Shown here: positions 52,206 through 54,446 of the stretch, in pieces
Layout: the number at the start of each line of letters is the position of its first letter
How positions within the stretch are numbered: the stretch's first letter is position 1
Virus record (IMG/VR): IMGVR_UViG_3300022929_000034
Coordinates: 1 to 54,446 of that record
Strand: one strand, 5' to 3'
DNA: 54,446 nucleotides
Origin: a virus
Taxonomy: Duplodnaviria; Caudoviricetes
Position numbers and translations under genes: made by a program
The notes under the pieces: generated by a model
Database searches by the model: none
What the model saw: only the letters and a program-made list of their open reading frames with translations
Told to the model about the DNA's origin: nothing

Positions 52206-54446
52206 TGGGTACTCCTTGGGCTGGGGGTTGCGCGGCGGGTGCCGCAGGTTGAGCCATCTGCTGGATAGTCTCGTGGGTTAATTTGGCGTTCTCGATAGCG
52301 ACCTTGGTGTCGTTGTCCATCTTGTGCTTGGTGATGTCCGCTTGCATCTGCTGGACATCGATCTGCACGTCCTGCTGGTCCCGGGCGGCCTTGCGCTGGG
52401 TCTCGGCCATGGCGGTGTCCTTGACAACCTGCGCGTCGGGCGGGAGCTGCGGTGGCGGCATGCCCTGCTGCAGCATCTGCTGGAGCTGCTGAATCTGCGG
52501 CAGGATCTGCGAGAACACCTGCTGGCTGTCCAGCGCGACGTGCTGGCCGACGGTGGCGTAGAGCTGGTCGATGATGCCGGTCAGCTTGGGGTTGTCGTAG
52601 TCGGTCACCGGCTTGCCGCCGCGCAGGTTGGACACGTAGCCGTTCATGCGGTTCAAGTACCACAGGGTCATGTGCTGCTTGATGTGCTCGATGCAGTTGG
52701 GCAGGAACTGCGGGGCAATGAACGGGTTTGCACCAAACGACGGGTCCATGGCGAACATCAGGTGGCCTTGGATGTGCGCCAGATGGTCCTGCTGCATGTA
52801 GGCATAGGACGGGCGACCGATTGACATGGCCGCGTTCTCGTCGGCCAGCGTGCGCTGCTCGGGCGCGGGCACGTCCTTCATCAGCTCGGATATGTTCGGG
52901 ATCTTGATCTGCTTCAGGAAGCGCTCTTCCACGGCCTTGGCGTTGTACAGCTCGGGGTGCGCGTCCGCCCGTTGCAGCACGGCCTGCATCTGGGCCATGC
53001 GCTGGGTCTCGGAGAAGATGTGCGGGTCGGACACCGGGATGACGTCGGTGTTGCGCTCAAAGTCGTTACGCTCAATCTCCAGATCTTGGACGATCTCGCC
53101 CTTGCGCATCTCATCAAAGTGCCAACGGTTCAGGCGGCACAGGACCTTGATAAGGCGGGCTTGCGACTGGTGCAGGCGGGCGTGGATGGCCGAGTAGACC
53201 GCCGCGCCTTGCTCAATCAGCGCCTGCGTGGTGCCCACCGGGGCGTTGCTGGTGACGTCTGCGATCTTTTCTTCGCTGGTGGTCACTACCCCCTTGGCCG
53301 CGTTGTCCAGCCAGCCCAGCAACTCAAAGAGCACCTGCGACGGCGGGTTGAACGGCATGGGCATGGCGATCTTGCGGATGTCGTCCACGCCGGGCGCGCC
53401 TTCGATCTCGGCAACCTGCGTCACCTCGATCTGCTGGGTCTGTCCGCTGATCTTTGCGCCCTTGAGCTTCAGCATGGTCGCGGCGTTGTTGATGTGCGCA
53501 GAGTCCAACAGCGCGCGCAGGGCACCGGTCAAAGCCGCAGAGAGCCCGCCAATCAGGTGCGGCAGGCCGATGGCGTACGCACCGCGCCACGGGATGAACT
53601 TGAACTCGATGATCCAATCGAGCTTGGTCATCGTGTCGTCGCCCTCTTCCCAGTTGCGGTACAGGCCGATGACCTCAGAGCTCTGCTCGTCCACCATCAT
53701 GATGTACGGGGCCATCTCGCCTTTGGTTTCCTTGTCGTCGTCAAACTCCAAGAACACGTAGATGTGGTAGACCTTGCGCAGGCCGTCGTCATTGTCTTGG
53801 AACTGCTTGCCCTCGATCTTGTCGTTGGCCTTTTGCGGGCGGCTCTGCTCGGGCTCTTGGCCGCTGGTCAGGTTGGAGCCGCCGACGTACATGCCGCTGG
53901 CCACGCGCCGGTTGTATTCCCACTCGGTGATCTCGTGGACCTCGGCCGCGCGTTGGGCGGTGTAAAAGTTGGTGGCCGCAAACGGCAAAATGATTCTGTC
54001 GATGGGCAAGAATTCGACGGTCGGACGTTTCTTCTGCTCGTCGTACCAGATCTTCAGGAACTGCGATCCGCCCAGTGGTAACTGGGTCAGCATCTGTTCC
54101 TGCTCGTCGCGGAACTCTTCGATCTGCTCGGTAATCTGCCAGTTCAGGAAGTCACGCTTGCGCTCGGCCCGTTGGGTCTTTAGGTCGTCGACCTCGCCGA
54201 TGATCTTGGTGCGGACCGGGCCGTCCGGTGGGAATAGTTCCTTGATGGCACGGGATGCAAAGTCCACGCAGCCCTCGGCCATGACCGGATGCACCACCTT
54301 GGATGCGCCGTAGAAGTTGGCCCCGCCGGGTGCGTCCTTGCCTAGCCCGGTGCGCTTCATGCCCTCCTCGTACTGCTTGTCGCGCTCCTCACGGGCGTTT
54401 TTGTCCTTGTCCAGCAGATTGACGTAGCGCATGCCCAAGCTGTTCA
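52192..54446 (-). CDS. Portal protein, main part
   Basis: GAS.VVHPVMAE.CV.F...A..EL.P..GPV, LP..GS.F.K..YD, Y..GL.HLIG, APVGTT.ALIE; Q-rich barrel-like C-terminus. Confidence 0.9.
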   Translation of the reverse strand, partial: NSLGMRYVNLLDKDKNAREERDKQYEEGMKRTGLGKDAPGGANFYGASKVVHPVMAEGCVDFASRAIKELFPPDGPVRTKIIGEVDDLKTQRAERKRDFLNWQITEQIEEFRDEQEQMLTQLPLGGSQFLKIWYDEQKKRPTVEFLPIDRIILPFAATNFYTAQRAAEVHEITEWEYNRRVASGMYVGGSNLTSGQEPEQSRPQKANDKIEGKQFQDNDDGLRKVYHIYVFLEFDDDKETKGEMAPYIMMVDEQSSEVIGLYRNWEEGDDTMTKLDWIIEFKFIPWRGAYAIGLPHLIGGLSAALTGALRALLDSAHINNAATMLKLKGAKISGQTQQIEVTQVAEIEGAPGVDDIRKIAMPMPFNPPSQVLFELLGWLDNAAKGVVTTSEEKIADVTSNAPVGTTQALIEQGAAVYSAIHARLHQSQARLIKVLCRLNRWHFDEMRKGEIVQDLEIERNDFERNTDVIPVSDPHIFSETQRMAQMQAVLQRADAHPELYNAKAVEERFLKQIKIPNISELMKDVPAPEQRTLADENAAMSIGRPSYAYMQQDHLAHIQGHLMFAMDPSFGANPFIAPQFLPNCIEHIKQHMTLWYLNRMNGYVSNLRGGKPVTDYDNPKLTGIIDQLYATVGQHVALDSQQVFSQILPQIQQLQQMLQQGMPPPQLPPDAQVVKDTAMAETQRKAARDQQDVQIDVQQMQADITKHKMDNDTKVAIENAKLTHETIQQMAQPAAPAAQPPAQGVPNGNQ
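54299..54446. repeat. Terminal direct repeat / circular assembly overlap (right copy)
   Basis: Matches 1-148. Confidence 0.95.

Overview
The window is an apparently complete, circularly permuted tailed dsDNA phage genome. Bases 2-148 recur at 54300-54446, giving a circle of about 54,298 bp, and the portal gene spans the join. It looks podovirus-like: no tape measure, sheath, integrase, RNA polymerase, tRNA or CRISPR was seen. The + strand carries an APSE-like replication block (DUF2800 nuclease, DUF2815 SSB, family A polymerase, VRR-NUC, SNF2 helicase). The - strand carries early genes (prim-pol/helicase, DUF932, many small ORFs) and a long late region (TerS, TerL, three large cargo genes, portal, GroES, scaffold, Mu gpT-like capsid, basic core proteins, tail, lysis, ejection proteins). 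The most striking unexplained signal is a short peptide motif, roughly [FYMLK]-[AKRE]-x-G-G (YADGG, FATGG, MKKGG, KAEGG). I counted about 30 copies by eye in seven otherwise unrelated late proteins. It sits at the boundaries of swappable enzyme domains, including an ADP-ribosyltransferase-like and a glycosylase-like domain, and next to a tape-measure-type 'G.GDGTSD.I.AMLANGEYV' domain. An HDxxGH metallopeptidase-like gene lies beside the cargo genes. I infer a tag-based system for loading and/or cleaving virion cargo. Several candidate structured RNAs, an iteron-like origin and a repeated promoter architecture are also visible. All protein family calls come from motif recognition by eye; no searches were run.
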